Origin: Lophium mytilinum
Lineage: Eukaryota
Assembly (NCBI GenBank): GCA_010093605.1
Contig: MU004184.1
Coordinates: 1,250,801-1,314,800, forward strand
Direction of reading: 5' to 3'
DNA: 64,000 bases
A program made the translations under genes and the position numbers. This document shows positions 23,548 through 34,511 of this stretch, one piece after another; positions within the stretch are counted from its first letter, which is position 1, and each line of letters starts with the position of its first letter. Below the pieces are notes generated by a model. It was not told where the DNA came from, did no database searches, and saw nothing but the letters and a program-made list of their open reading frames with translations.

Positions 23548-24947
23548 TCAAGATCGAGCTCGACCCCGAGCAGCATAAGCATGATACTATCTAAGCAACA
23601 AACAAGGAAGAAACAAAAACACCTAATCCAGGCGTGGTGTCCCATCCCCAAGAGTAACGTAAGCCTGTATTATCATGATTGGGTTGGGTTGGGCTGGGTT
23701 GGGATTGGAAAGGAGATTATTTTTGTCGACCCCCTCTTATTATGACAACGAATGGAAAGTGAAGGAGGGCGGATTATCGGATCAGCGTACGGCGTTGGGA
23801 CGCGTTTAGATGGGGCAACGATCACACCACATATTGTTTTGAGCTAAAAAATGGCGGGGTCCAGTACACGATAGAGACTCAATTTTGCCGACCGATACAA
23901 AATTAGCACACTGGGAAGCGATAGGATGGAATGAATGGGAGAAAGGGAGATATTCATTCTGGCGGCCAAGGAAGGGGTTTGGTGTTTGTTGATCTTTTTT
24001 CGTATGGGGCTAATCGGGATCTTTAAAGCTTTTTACTAGTAGGTAGGTCTTTACGCGATATCAATGTGTCTTCTATGGTGTTTTGATGGGTGGGGAAGTT
24101 CGATTTTTTCCTTTTTCCCCGTTTGATATGAGAGCGAGAGCGAGAGGGAGAGGGGAGAAGATTTGAGGGTGGAAAAGTGTGCCCCTATATCCCCCCCTTT
24201 TTTCCTCTTTTCCTGTTATACTTGATATTCCTTAATGGTCCGACGGATGGCGTGGCTGTGGCTGTGGCGTGGCGTAGCGCAGGTGCGGATTGATACATTA
24301 CCCTGTATATTATGCGAAGTGATTTTTCTCTGTTCATCTTTACAAACTGCTTGCCATAATTGTCTGTCTACAAATCCCCTGTGCCTGGAATGCGTCGTGA
24401 ATTCAGTACCACCTCCCCTTTCCTACACTGTCTCTGAAAGAGCTGTGAGCTCGGAAATCTCGCTGCTTCCGCGCCAGCACCTGCTCTTTCACCGCTCTTC
24501 CTGTGTCTAGCGGTGTCTAGCAACCGTTGAGCGCCCCCTTCTCGACGGCGACGAGATCGCGGTGCTCGTGTGGCGCTGTGGTCCGACGTGGGCTAAACGG
24601 AAGAAACGGTCACGGCAGAAGGGGGTACGAGAACGGGCGGAGAACGTCCCACAGACGGCTTTGGAGAGGCGCAGTCACAAGCAGGGCGTACAGGAGGTTG
24701 AGGGGGTAAGCTTGTTTATGTAGGAGTGGCAGGGGTGGTTTGGAGGGTTGGAGGGCGGAGAAGATGTTGAGGTCGGGATGAGAGGAGGATTGGGAGGAGA
24801 GTGATGTTGAACTCGAAACGTTTTGATTGTTCAAAGTGTAGTAAGTGGGAGGTCTAGATGCTCGCAAAGTCCTGCATGCCGTACTTTCTAAACCGCCTGT
24901 CTCTTCACCGATCCAAGCTCCTGTCTACAACGTCGCCTCGCATACTC

Positions 24948-25915
24948 TCACGAGAAGAACTCTGCTTTCACCTGCTTCAGCGTGTCGTCCGGATCCGCGA
25001 CGCTGTGCCCAATCGTGCGCGGGTCCGAGTAGATCTCGTAGTCGTTGCCGCCGGGCGACGTCTTGTCACCGAAGAAGTGGATGGTGGTGTAGTCGACGCC
25101 GTCGGGACGCGCTTTCTCGGCCTCGACGTGCTGCAGGCAGTAGCGCTTGTCCCAGCCGGTAGGGAAGACGTCGAAGGATATTTGGCCGCCGATAGAGTAA
25201 CTAGATTTCCCCCATACAATTAGCATTGGTGTGGTGGGGCAGGGTGTGCACTGTATATTGAAGGGTGAAAGGAGGGATACTCACGTCAACCCCAACTCCA
25301 CGAACTCTTTTTGAAGTACCGCTACCATCTTCTCGCGCACTTTGTGCTCCGTATCAAACACATTAAACGCGTCCCGCTCCGCATTGGTAGCGTTCCTGCC
25401 CACGGGGCTCACATTGACCATGCCGTTCCTAAACTCGACGAATGTTCCGCGCTTGAACGGCAGGTCGATCTCGCTGATGTACCGCAGTAGGAAGTTGACA
25501 AGCTTCTTGTACTTCTCCTCCCCAAGCCAGCCGATGAAGGATTGCGATGCGAGGGGCACACCGAGCCGGAAGGCTGTGAGCCCGTTTTCGGGGAAGCAGA
25601 AGTCGAAGAGGGATGTGACCTTGATTTCGGAGGTGCCGAGCTGTTCTTGTTGCTTGGCTAGGTCGGAGCCGCCCACGTAGCCGATGGCGACTTTTTGGCG
25701 GAGGGCGGACAGGAGGGTGAGCATTTCGGGCTTGACTTCCTGCATGTTGGGGACTTGGGTTAGCCAACGGATCGACTTATGGGAGGGTATTTGGTCTCAG
25801 GAGATAGGTGCCGCACCTGCCGGGATTTTGTGAGCGTTTCGTCCACATCGAAAAGCACAATGGTGTTCTTGATCGGGCGCTCGTTGAGAGGGGGGATCAC
25901 GGCGGCCGTCTGCAT
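24948..25915 (-). CDS. SEC53: Phosphomannomutase (introns 25740-25816, 25201-25284)
   Basis: HAD motif [56 protein letters not shown]. Confidence 0.96.
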
Positions 25916-27047
25916 GGTGGATGTGTGGAAGTAGAGTCGAGGAAATTGGATGGCTTGGTGGGTTAGATGTTCAATTAGTCTTGTCCTAGACTTTGAGACA
26001 GTTGATAGGACCCGAGAGGCAAAAAAGAGCAAAATGGCCAGCGTGGAGTGTATTTTGGGGGACGTGGAGGGGGAGAGCTAAGTGGCAGGGATCTTCACCG
26101 CTGAATCTTTCACGTGGTGCTAATGTGGGGGATGGACTGTGCTGAGAACCAGTGGACCTCCGCTCTTTAACATCATTTCGACTGCATCAACACCTGGCAT
26201 CGGGGACATGGTCAAGGACGTCTCTTTACACATGCGATTCATGATCTAGAAGTGAGAGGAGGAAGGCAATGCTCTGTTATGTTTGCATTCTTTACGGCAT
26301 CTACTATTTTACTCCTCTAGACTCCCTCCTTTTCATCCTTCCTCGCGTCTGTTTCCGTGGATTCGTCTACAGGTAGTATAAGGTACCTTTGTTCAGTCTT
26401 ATCTCTTCTCTAGTCTTGCTAATTTTCTGTGAAGATAGCAAATCTACCGGGCGACATTCAAGGATGAGCGCTGACCAATGCTTATGCGGAATGCTGCATC
26501 ATCCAATATTTTGATGCATCCAGGTTTGTTGCATGTGAGCCAAGCGGAAGCTGTGGGTCTTCGAGTGGCCTTGTTTCTTTATCAACACTAGCTGCGCCGT
26601 GGTTCGCAATACATGGAACGATCAGGATGTATGAAATGACAACAGCACACGAAGCTACTACCGTAAAGTAGCGAATGCTGTTCTCGAGATATACAATCCA
26701 AGAACAATAGCAAACAGAATCCAGGGGTATAGAACTACGGTTAGTCTCTTCCAATCACAATGTGCAAGTACTCAATCGTTTTCTTTGAGACACTTCTTTG
26801 TTTCAATATTAGGCCCAACTTCTTTGAACACCGCTTTGTTCTACATCACTCATATATTCGGTATACCTTTGATGACGTTGTTGTCATATGAAACTGTTTC
26901 AATTAAGGTTCACATCGTTGCCGTTTCTCCTGCTTTGAAACAAGTCAGTCCTCCGTACCTTTGCTCTACTCTCAACACACTTTTCGATACTCGCCTCACC
27001 ATACTAATTCAACGAGCATTACGTTGACAACATCTCATCGTTGAATC

Positions 27048-27473
27048 ATGCCACAAGAACGCTTCTTGGGAGATGGGGAGTTGATTGCTGCATATGTACT
27101 TCCAAGGCCGTTCATACATACACCTATCGGCGCCACTCTTGGCCGACCTGAGTCTAACAGAGAGGCTTTGGGGCTCCCTGTAGATGCTTTTCAAGTACCA
27201 GCTTTCCTCCGCCAGACCCCATCCGGCGCTACGTTGCTCCCATTTGAGTCTCATGACCAAACGGTGCCCCCAGATCCGCCATCTGTTGCCGAGCCTCAAG
27301 GTACAAAACAGCCTTCGAAGTCGCGAACGGGCTTCCGAGCACGCAGTAAGTTGACAATCAGGAGGATTTGGCAAAGCCTCACGTTTCGCAGCCACAACGC
27401 GGATCGTGTTGCATGCTCAAGCAGCTCGTCTAAGAGTAATAGCCATGGTCGCCAGGAGTTCGCATTGCCCTAA
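27048..27473 (+). CDS. Hypothetical 141-aa protein
   Basis: ATG-initiated ORF after a pyrimidine-rich leader, co-oriented with and just upstream of the paralog array. No recognisable domain. Confidence 0.35.
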   Translation: MPQERFLGDGELIAAYVLPRPFIHTPIGATLGRPESNREALGLPVDAFQVPAFLRQTPSGATLLPFESHDQTVPPDPPSVAEPQGTKQPSKSRTGFRARSKLTIRRIWQSLTFRSHNADRVACSSSSSKSNSHGRQEFALP

Positions 27474-27933
27474 AGTATTAGGTCGAGGTCGCTTTGTCGA
27501 CAACTCGTTGCGCCTTTATAGGACATGGGAGTAAGCCTTATGCAAGTCTCTATCTCCGAAATTGGGCAGGCAGTATCTCTCCAACACTAGAAGCCTCCAA
27601 CATCCTAATAACGAACCATAGTCCCGGTTTGCTGCACTATCCACAGATACTAAGATTAACCGCTCAGTTCTAGCTTTCAGATTGCCGACGTCTTCTTCCA
27701 CCAATCAGGCATAGCGTTTCCAAAACACAAAATGACCCCTTTTGCCAATCAAGTTTCATAGTCACTATGTTGTTCATGTACAGTGCTCATCGCTCAGCTC
27801 TTAGTCGCGGAGATAAAAATGCGGCCCTGGTCCCATTCCGGCGTCACTATCTTCGAACTCGGAAAGTACGACTCTTCAAGAGCGTCTTCTAGCCAATCTG
27901 CGAAGAGACTTCGCTTCGAGCTTTTCTGCCGTA

Positions 27934-28566
27934 ATGCTGAACCGTCTTAAATCTGGCACGAGCCAAAAAACCACTCTGAGCTTAACCGCTAGAGTTCCCG
28001 AAGAGATCAGCCAGCTTGAAGAGCCATCACGCATGCCGCCTCCTTCGTACGAGGAAGCAAAGCAGCCGCGCGTTTTCTCGGTCGCCGAAGCCACTCGGAT
28101 GTCATGGGAAGCTTGGCGCGACGGCCATTGGACATGCTGCCGTCTATGTTCAACCGAAAATCCTTTCATCAAGACTTGCTACGAAGCATATTCAACTGCA
28201 ATATGTACAAAATGTAAGCACGTTGCCTGTCCTATGTGTACGTTCAGTTCGGCATTTCAGTCACTGTCAACAGCGATGGCACTATCTATCGTAAGTATCT
28301 CCCGCGATCTATTCGGTAGCCCCTACCTCCTTGTCTGCCCTGGCTGTGGAAAATCATCTGGCGGTGGTGTGATCCCACCTCCCATCTTTCAGTGTGCCGC
28401 TCTTAACTGGGCGGAACGAAAATCCATCGAACTAATAGGCCTTAATATCCCACAAAGGATCCGCCGAAAGATAGCACTCTGCTTCAAAAGACGCCCGAAA
28501 ACACCACTATGTGAATGTAGTCGGCCATTCAGCGCCTACCACTGGAACGCTCTTCGACAAGGCTAA
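27934..28566 (+). CDS. PY-motif / Cys-rich zinc-ribbon family protein, array copy A
   Basis: PPPSY, WTCCRLC, CTKCKHVACPMC, FQS, PYLLVCPGCG, CECSRPF..W; same motif order as copies B-E. Confidence 0.75.
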   Translation: MLNRLKSGTSQKTTLSLTARVPEEISQLEEPSRMPPPSYEEAKQPRVFSVAEATRMSWEAWRDGHWTCCRLCSTENPFIKTCYEAYSTAICTKCKHVACPMCTFSSAFQSLSTAMALSIVSISRDLFGSPYLLVCPGCGKSSGGGVIPPPIFQCAALNWAERKSIELIGLNIPQRIRRKIALCFKRRPKTPLCECSRPFSAYHWNALRQG

Positions 28567-28698
28567 TCCTAAGACGAGGCCACGATCATATTCACTGTTG
28601 ACTCACATTCGCTTCTGTCTCACCTCTGAGACTCTTTTCACACAATAAAAGCGCAGCGGCTTATATTCAGAAAATTGAGGTCTTGTCTCTGGTTCCGA

Positions 28699-29316
28699 AT
28701 GTCAAGCTCACCACCACCACCACCCCCGACCTTGCCCTCAGAGAGTCTGCCCACTCCCTCAGTGTCTGCATGCAACCTCTCGTTCTCTGTTGGACCCAAC
28801 AGCCATGCTGCCTTCGCAAGACCAAGACGTTGCTGAAGGCCCGCCGCCAGGCTACTATCATTTCGAGCCGCAGTCTATGGAATACGACTTGGTTTCATGG
28901 CAGTGCTGCACTTGCTCGAATCAGAATAAGCTCCGCGTGAGCCATGCTACTCCCGCCAAGATGTACCACCCGGCCAACTGCAAGCAATGTCGACACTCCG
29001 TTTGCCACCAATGTCAATTCGAAAAATCCTTCCAGGCTGTCCCCAAAGAAATCTACGATCAGATCAAGCGAGTCGGACCTCAACGGTTATGTGCACGAGA
29101 GTTGCCTTCATTGCCTTTTGTTCGCGGTGTGCAACTTGCCACTGGGCTGATACAGTCGAGATTGGGAACCGGAAGCCAAACATCCTAGTTCGTGCCGCGG
29201 CTCACTTGTGGTCGCTTTTGGGGAAAAAGGAGGACCGGGGAAAAGAGGAGTCGAAGTGCAAATGTTGTGACGAACCTTTTAGCGAACAGTGGGCTTGCTT
29301 TCGAAAGAAGCACTAA
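28699..29316 (+). pseudogene. PY-motif / Cys-rich zinc-ribbon family, array copy B (frameshifted)
   Basis: PPPGY, WQCCTC, CKQCRHSVCHQC, FQAVP are in one frame; AFIAFCSRCA and CKCCDEPFSEQWACFR are in another (break at about 29060-29100). A Pro-rich MSSSPPPPPP start at 28699 is also out of frame with the middle part; alternative ATG at 28805. Confidence 0.7.
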
Positions 29317-29940
29317 GCGGAGCCTATAGGTCGGCATCTTAGAGTCTGAGGCTCATTGAGATGCGATGCACTGATTGATGCCGAGAACTCGGAGAACCTC
29401 ACTGCGCGGCTAATCTTTACAGTCCAACTCTCATTGAATAGCACACATTCAATGTTCGCTGTACGCATCCAATTCATCTGCAATATTCATCCAGCACGCT
29501 GCGAAACCACCCTCTTCCATTGACGCATAGACTCAGCACGTGTTGTCCTCACACAGTTTATTTCCCCCGGGCACATTGTTCACATTCAATTTCACTCCAT
29601 GCTCCGTTCTCACATCACAGTGAATCTAGAACCGGCAGGAATATCTCACTCGTTTCAACTGTTCCTCTTGTTTCAATCATTGTGTATGTACCTATACCCC
29701 TCTTCATTCTTCGTTGTATGCGAACTATCCCTACAACATAGTGAAATCATATGTCTCACTCTTCACTTCTCGGTATATATAGTTCCCTCTTCAGTCGGAA
29801 GAAACTCCCCTCTCATCTTTCTCCAAAATCAACTCTTGCAATCCACCACACTGTCAAGAGACCACAAACTGAACTCAGTTGCAACTATTTCGGATTGCAT
29901 AAACACCAGGATTTTCCCCCTAACATTGGATAACACCAAC

Positions 29941-30681
29941 ATGCAGGAACATCCCTGGAGCCGTCCAACCCTTCCAAGCGCTTACGAGTACGAACAGCTT
30001 GAAGCGCTTTCGCAAGCACCCCCGCCATCACCACCGGCAGCACACATTCTCGAGCCACCAGCTCCGCCGCAAACCCCACTACCGGCTTACGTTCGATTCG
30101 AGCAACTACCGCCAACATATGCTCGTCAAGCCCCTCATCAATACCACGAACGGGCATGGTTTTGTTGCCAGTGCAAGTTCACCACCGGCAATGTCCTCCT
30201 GGAGAGCACCAACGGCTTCGTGGGTGTCGCCCGCTGCGAGACGTGCCGCCATAACGCCTGCCCTCGTTGCCTGTGGGACAAAATTCTTCAATCCACTTCA
30301 CTATCAACGATGCGGGCGATCACATCTCTCACAGAATCTTGTGCGCCCATAAGCACGTTCTGTGAACACTGTGGCAAGCACCATGGCGCGGAAATCGGCG
30401 AGACCGATGCACGGCGACCATTGCTCAAACGTGCCAAGACGGCCACTAAAGTCATTGGCACAGCTCTGGTGAATTGGGCGACGACTAAGTCGCTGGAACT
30501 ACCTATGGAGGGATTGCCGACGCCGCGAACGAAGCCAATGGCTTGCTTCCAGTGCGGCCATAGCTTCACGTCCAATTGGGCTACTTTCCACCGATTAGAT
30601 GGAGAGTTTGACCCTGGTGGGACAGCAATGCGGGTGATCCGATTGCGTGAGGAGTTGGCGGAGGTCGTGCAACTACGTTGA
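29941..30681 (+). CDS. PY-motif / Cys-rich zinc-ribbon family protein, array copy C
   Basis: TPLPAYVRFEQLPPTY, WFCCQC, CETCRHNACPRC, CEHCG, CFQCG.SF...WATF, DGEFDPGGTAMRV. ATG 29941 preferred over the longer ORF-track start. Confidence 0.8.
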   Translation: MQEHPWSRPTLPSAYEYEQLEALSQAPPPSPPAAHILEPPAPPQTPLPAYVRFEQLPPTYARQAPHQYHERAWFCCQCKFTTGNVLLESTNGFVGVARCETCRHNACPRCLWDKILQSTSLSTMRAITSLTESCAPISTFCEHCGKHHGAEIGETDARRPLLKRAKTATKVIGTALVNWATTKSLELPMEGLPTPRTKPMACFQCGHSFTSNWATFHRLDGEFDPGGTAMRVIRLREELAEVVQLR

Positions 30682-31988
30682 TACAGATCATCCGGTCGGA
30701 CGAGCAAAGGCGGTTCGATGATCAAATAGAAATGTTTCGTAGTTCAAATCAGTAAGCTATCATATTCGAACCCACTCACGTTCCTCTGCCCTTCTAAACA
30801 TCCACCGATTCTCTATCCAACATAGTTATCATAGCAAAGTTTGTGTCATTTGACACAAAATCTCCTCACTATAGTTTTTCATCCAACATAACCGTGGAGA
30901 TGTTTTACAGGCCGCCATTGCGCCTCCCGAATGGAGAAATGCCACGTTTCAAAAGGTGTTCTGTGAGTTTGCCATATCCCGACCTTCTTCATTAAGAAAA
31001 CGTTGTTCACTTACAATCTCTGTCAATCGACGTACACACATTAGCCATGACTGGAGAAATGAAGATTCCCTACTAGGCTCATTGCTACTTGAAACCAGGA
31101 CAAGGCGAGTATGATGGGATGGAACGACAACGCGGTTGAATGAGAGGCTGAAGGTAACCTAGAGCCATAGGAATATCTACTATAGGGCGAGGTAGCCAAT
31201 AGGTCCTGTCACCTTGGGTCCATAAACCACGGAACAGCATTGGAGAAAAGCGATTCGACGAGGAAATCTGCTGGGAAGTTTCCCAACCAGATTAGGGCGG
31301 CGTCTGACAGCTTAATCGGATTATAATTTAGAGACCCAGCCAAGCGTTTGCAAATTGGGGATCTTCAAGACCTCTGGGAGGTAATTTGTAACCAAAATAA
31401 GCGAAAGACTGTATGTTCTTGCGTGGCTTTGTCTCGAAGATTTCGTTAGTCTAGTTGTAAGGTTGGCCTTTCATCACCGTGTTAGTTTCTTTCGACTTTG
31501 GATAGGTATGTCTATTTCGTATCCCACTCAAAACATAAATGCCCTTTCCAATTCCGCGCTTTAGAATGTACTGACCTACTAAATGTGCCTACCGATGTAT
31601 TAATCGCATCTCCACCTGTCTACAACCCACGCTAGTGATTTCTTTCCCCCATCTATCTCTCTCTGTGGCACATTACTTAGTCAAAAGCGTTGTTATAGGG
31701 CCACCGGCAGCCGACTTGAACGTTGTCCGTGTACGATCGTTGTATTTTTCTCCTGTTCTCCTTTTCATCATTCACTCTCAACGCACTACATGCGCAGTGA
31801 AAGTCAAGGAGGCTCTTTCACTTTCCCTTCCATAGATATATATCTCCTCCAGTAGGCGAATATCCCTTTTCTCATCATTCCCAGAATCTCAACCCGCACA
31901 CCACCACTTCTTTCGACCAGGGTCGGTTCGGATCTAACAGCTTGAACCTAAACTCAATTCTACCTTCCTCAACCTGGAACGAATAAAA

Positions 31989-32870
31989 ATGGACAATGTC
32001 CCAGGAAGCCCTCCACCCCCCTGCGAGCTTCAATCAGGTCAAATTACACCTCCGCTACCTCCTCCTTCGATTGAGATGGACAACCCCCTAGATCTCAACC
32101 CGTTCCCTCACGGTTACCAGGTCTTTGACTACCAAGCTCCGCCCCCGACACCGACACCGGAACCGGAGCAAGACGAAGACCCCTTCCCATCTCTAGAAGA
32201 ATTCTGGCAAATGTTGGAGATACCTCGCGGCCCAACTCCTTTGCCGGCCTATTACCCGTTCGAGTTCAAGCCGCCAGAGTATGATACGCCGCCAGATGAG
32301 CAAGTTCACCAAGGGTTTTGGTACTGCCACGAGTGCCACTTCACTGTGCCTAACAGCGTGCGCTCTGTATCCTCCCTAGGCATGTACTCTCAGGCGAGGT
32401 GTGCACGCTGCAACCACGTCGCCTGCCGCAAATGCATGTTCGACAACGCTCTGCAGCCCATCCCCTGGTCCGAAGCTCGAAAGTTCAAGTATCTCGAATT
32501 TAGCAAGGGCTCGCCATTCTTGGTGGTGTGCAGCCAGTGTGGCTTCATATGGGGGGCATCCGACGAGCAGGGAGGGCGTCGCCAGTGGGCGAAGAACCTT
32601 TTGAAGAAAGGAGTCGTGAAGGTGATAGAAGGGATGTTCAGGACGCCTCCCGGAGGCTATAAGGTTGGTCCGGGCCTGATGGGGTGCGGCTGCAAAGGGA
32701 TATTCGCAAACGATTGGGCTTGCTTCCGGGTTGTTGGAGATGGTCGCTTCGATCCGAATGCGACATCGATGCGGGTGTTGGAGATGGTCGCTTCGATCCG
32801 AATGCGACATCGATGCGGGTGTTGGAAGTGTTGGAGAATAGAATGCCAGAAGGGGAGCGGGTCGCCTTAA
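31989..32870 (+). CDS. PY-motif / Cys-rich zinc-ribbon family protein, array copy D (C-terminus altered by a 44-bp duplication)
   Basis: TPLPAYYPFEFKPPEYDTP, WYCHEC, CARCNHVACRKC, PFLVVCSQCG, CGCKGIF..DWACFR, DGRFDPNATSMRVLE. Confidence 0.8.
   Translation: MDNVPGSPPPPCELQSGQITPPLPPPSIEMDNPLDLNPFPHGYQVFDYQAPPPTPTPEPEQDEDPFPSLEEFWQMLEIPRGPTPLPAYYPFEFKPPEYDTPPDEQVHQGFWYCHECHFTVPNSVRSVSSLGMYSQARCARCNHVACRKCMFDNALQPIPWSEARKFKYLEFSKGSPFLVVCSQCGFIWGASDEQGGRRQWAKNLLKKGVVKVIEGMFRTPPGGYKVGPGLMGCGCKGIFANDWACFRVVGDGRFDPNATSMRVLEMVASIRMRHRCGCWKCWRIECQKGSGSP
32732..32826 (+). repeat. Perfect 44-bp tandem duplication bounded by TGTTGGA microhomology
   Basis: TGTTGGAGATGGTCGCTTCGATCCGAATGCGACATCGATGCGGG at 32732-32775 and 32776-32819, followed by TGTTGGA at 32820-32826. 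Confidence 0.95.
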
Positions 32871-33617
32871 TCTAGAGACTGATCAGGCGTTCAAGACAAT
32901 GGGGCTACTAAAAATTTGGACAATATAGGCTCCACAATCGCCAATATCAGGATGGAAAATGAGCAAGTCGCTTAGAGATGGATCTGGCGTTTATGAGGCA
33001 TTCTGGAACGCGCTCATTGGAGGAGCTATATGGTTCCAGCCACGCCGTTGTACTGGGTGTTGATAAGTCTACCGGCTCTGTGATCTCGGTGTATGGGAAA
33101 CATCCTGTAAGCTAGGAATTAATGACAAAGATGTTTTTTCGACAGTTGCGAGTCGGCAAGCAGCATTGCGGTGTTTTATTTATCTTGTTGCATATGAGAC
33201 AAGCTAACCAGATGATCCTCCCTTGTTTGGGGCTCAGATATAGACTTGTTTCTTTCTACATTTAGCTCTAATACATACTTTTCGTTTTGAAACTCCATGC
33301 CCGCCATTTCATATCTGTCTCTGCGCACTTGGCAACGATGAGCGCCACGCTCTCGCCGGCACCCCTAACATTGTTTTCAGTGTTCCCTCACACCATTCAA
33401 TGTATATGCACTACCTTCGCTATATATACATACCACTTCCATTGTCTGCATACTACATTCGCTGTGCGCCCACATCCGCGACTTTCATTGAATCAGAACG
33501 TCTCAAATTTCGCATTTTCCTATGCATAAATCTCCTAGAACCCGCAAATTTTCTTCTCCTCTCATCTTTCTCCAAACCAGCATCTGTATTCCACTACTGT
33601 GAAAAACTCGCTTTTGG

Positions 33618-34511
33618 ATGAATACGACTTGGGACCCATCTCGCTTTATTCTCTCGAACCACATCACAGAGAACGTGGAAGAACACCACTCCTCCTTCTT
33701 TCCCATATTTGAAGGCGACGAAATGGAGACTCCGTCATCAACGCTAGAGGTAGGGTATGGCCTTGACCACAATCCGTCTGATCATGAACGATATGTTAAC
33801 ACTGACATAGTTCCACGATCAACACCTCCCCCGTACGCAGAGCAAGACGACTACCCTTTCCTAGAAGAACTTGCTCTACATCGACAGCAAGAACAACCCC
33901 CATCCCGGCCAACTACGCCACTTCCAGCGTACGAACCATTTGAATTTAAGCCGCCCGAATACGATACCCCTTCAGGACATTACGTCCACCAGGGTGTGTG
34001 GTATTGCTGTAGGTGCCAGCTCTCCGTAGGCAACAGCCTCCGCGAAACTGAACTTGGTCTTTACGACTACGCAACTTGCGGCTGCGGTCACCGATCGTGC
34101 TCATCATGCATCTGGGATAAAACCGCATTCCAACCCGTTCCCTGGCATATTGCTAAGAAGATCAAGGGTCTCGGCTTCAGCCGTGGGATGCCATACGTGG
34201 TCATTTGTCCACGTTGTACATTTTTCTGCGGTGCACATTTTTTGCAGCCGCCAATGAGCCGACGCTCACGTCTCAAGAAGGCTGTGCTAGAGGGGCTTCT
34301 GCCGGTATACAATTGGGCATATTACCGGCCGGCCTGGGGGAGGAATCTTCCTTCACGGTATAGGGCGTGTAAGTGCGGCGTAAGATTCACGCACGAGTGG
34401 TTGTGCTTCCGCAATCCGGAAGGCCGGTTCGATCCGGTGGGTACTTCACTGCGCGTCCTAGAGATCTTGGAAGATGGTATGCCTGAGGGGGAGCGGGTTG
34501 CCTTGCTTTGA
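33618..34511 (+). CDS. PY-motif / Cys-rich zinc-ribbon family protein, array copy E
   Basis: PPPY, TPLPAYEPFEFKPPEYDTP, WYCCRC, CGCGHRSCSSC, PYVVICPRC, CKCGVRF..EWLCFR, EGRFDPVGTSLRVLEILEDGMPEGERVALL. Confidence 0.8.
   Translation: MNTTWDPSRFILSNHITENVEEHHSSFFPIFEGDEMETPSSTLEVGYGLDHNPSDHERYVNTDIVPRSTPPPYAEQDDYPFLEELALHRQQEQPPSRPTTPLPAYEPFEFKPPEYDTPSGHYVHQGVWYCCRCQLSVGNSLRETELGLYDYATCGCGHRSCSSCIWDKTAFQPVPWHIAKKIKGLGFSRGMPYVVICPRCTFFCGAHFLQPPMSRRSRLKKAVLEGLLPVYNWAYYRPAWGRNLPSRYRACKCGVRFTHEWLCFRNPEGRFDPVGTSLRVLEILEDGMPEGERVALL

Noticed and set aside
23679..23703. TTGGG repeats as interstitial telomere
   Set aside because: Not TTAGGG and only five units; kept only as a G4 motif.
29599..29940. 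N-terminal extension of array copy C in the ORF track
   Set aside because: Pyrimidine-rich leader-like sequence; paralogs begin with the Pro-rich segment, so ATG 29941 fits better.
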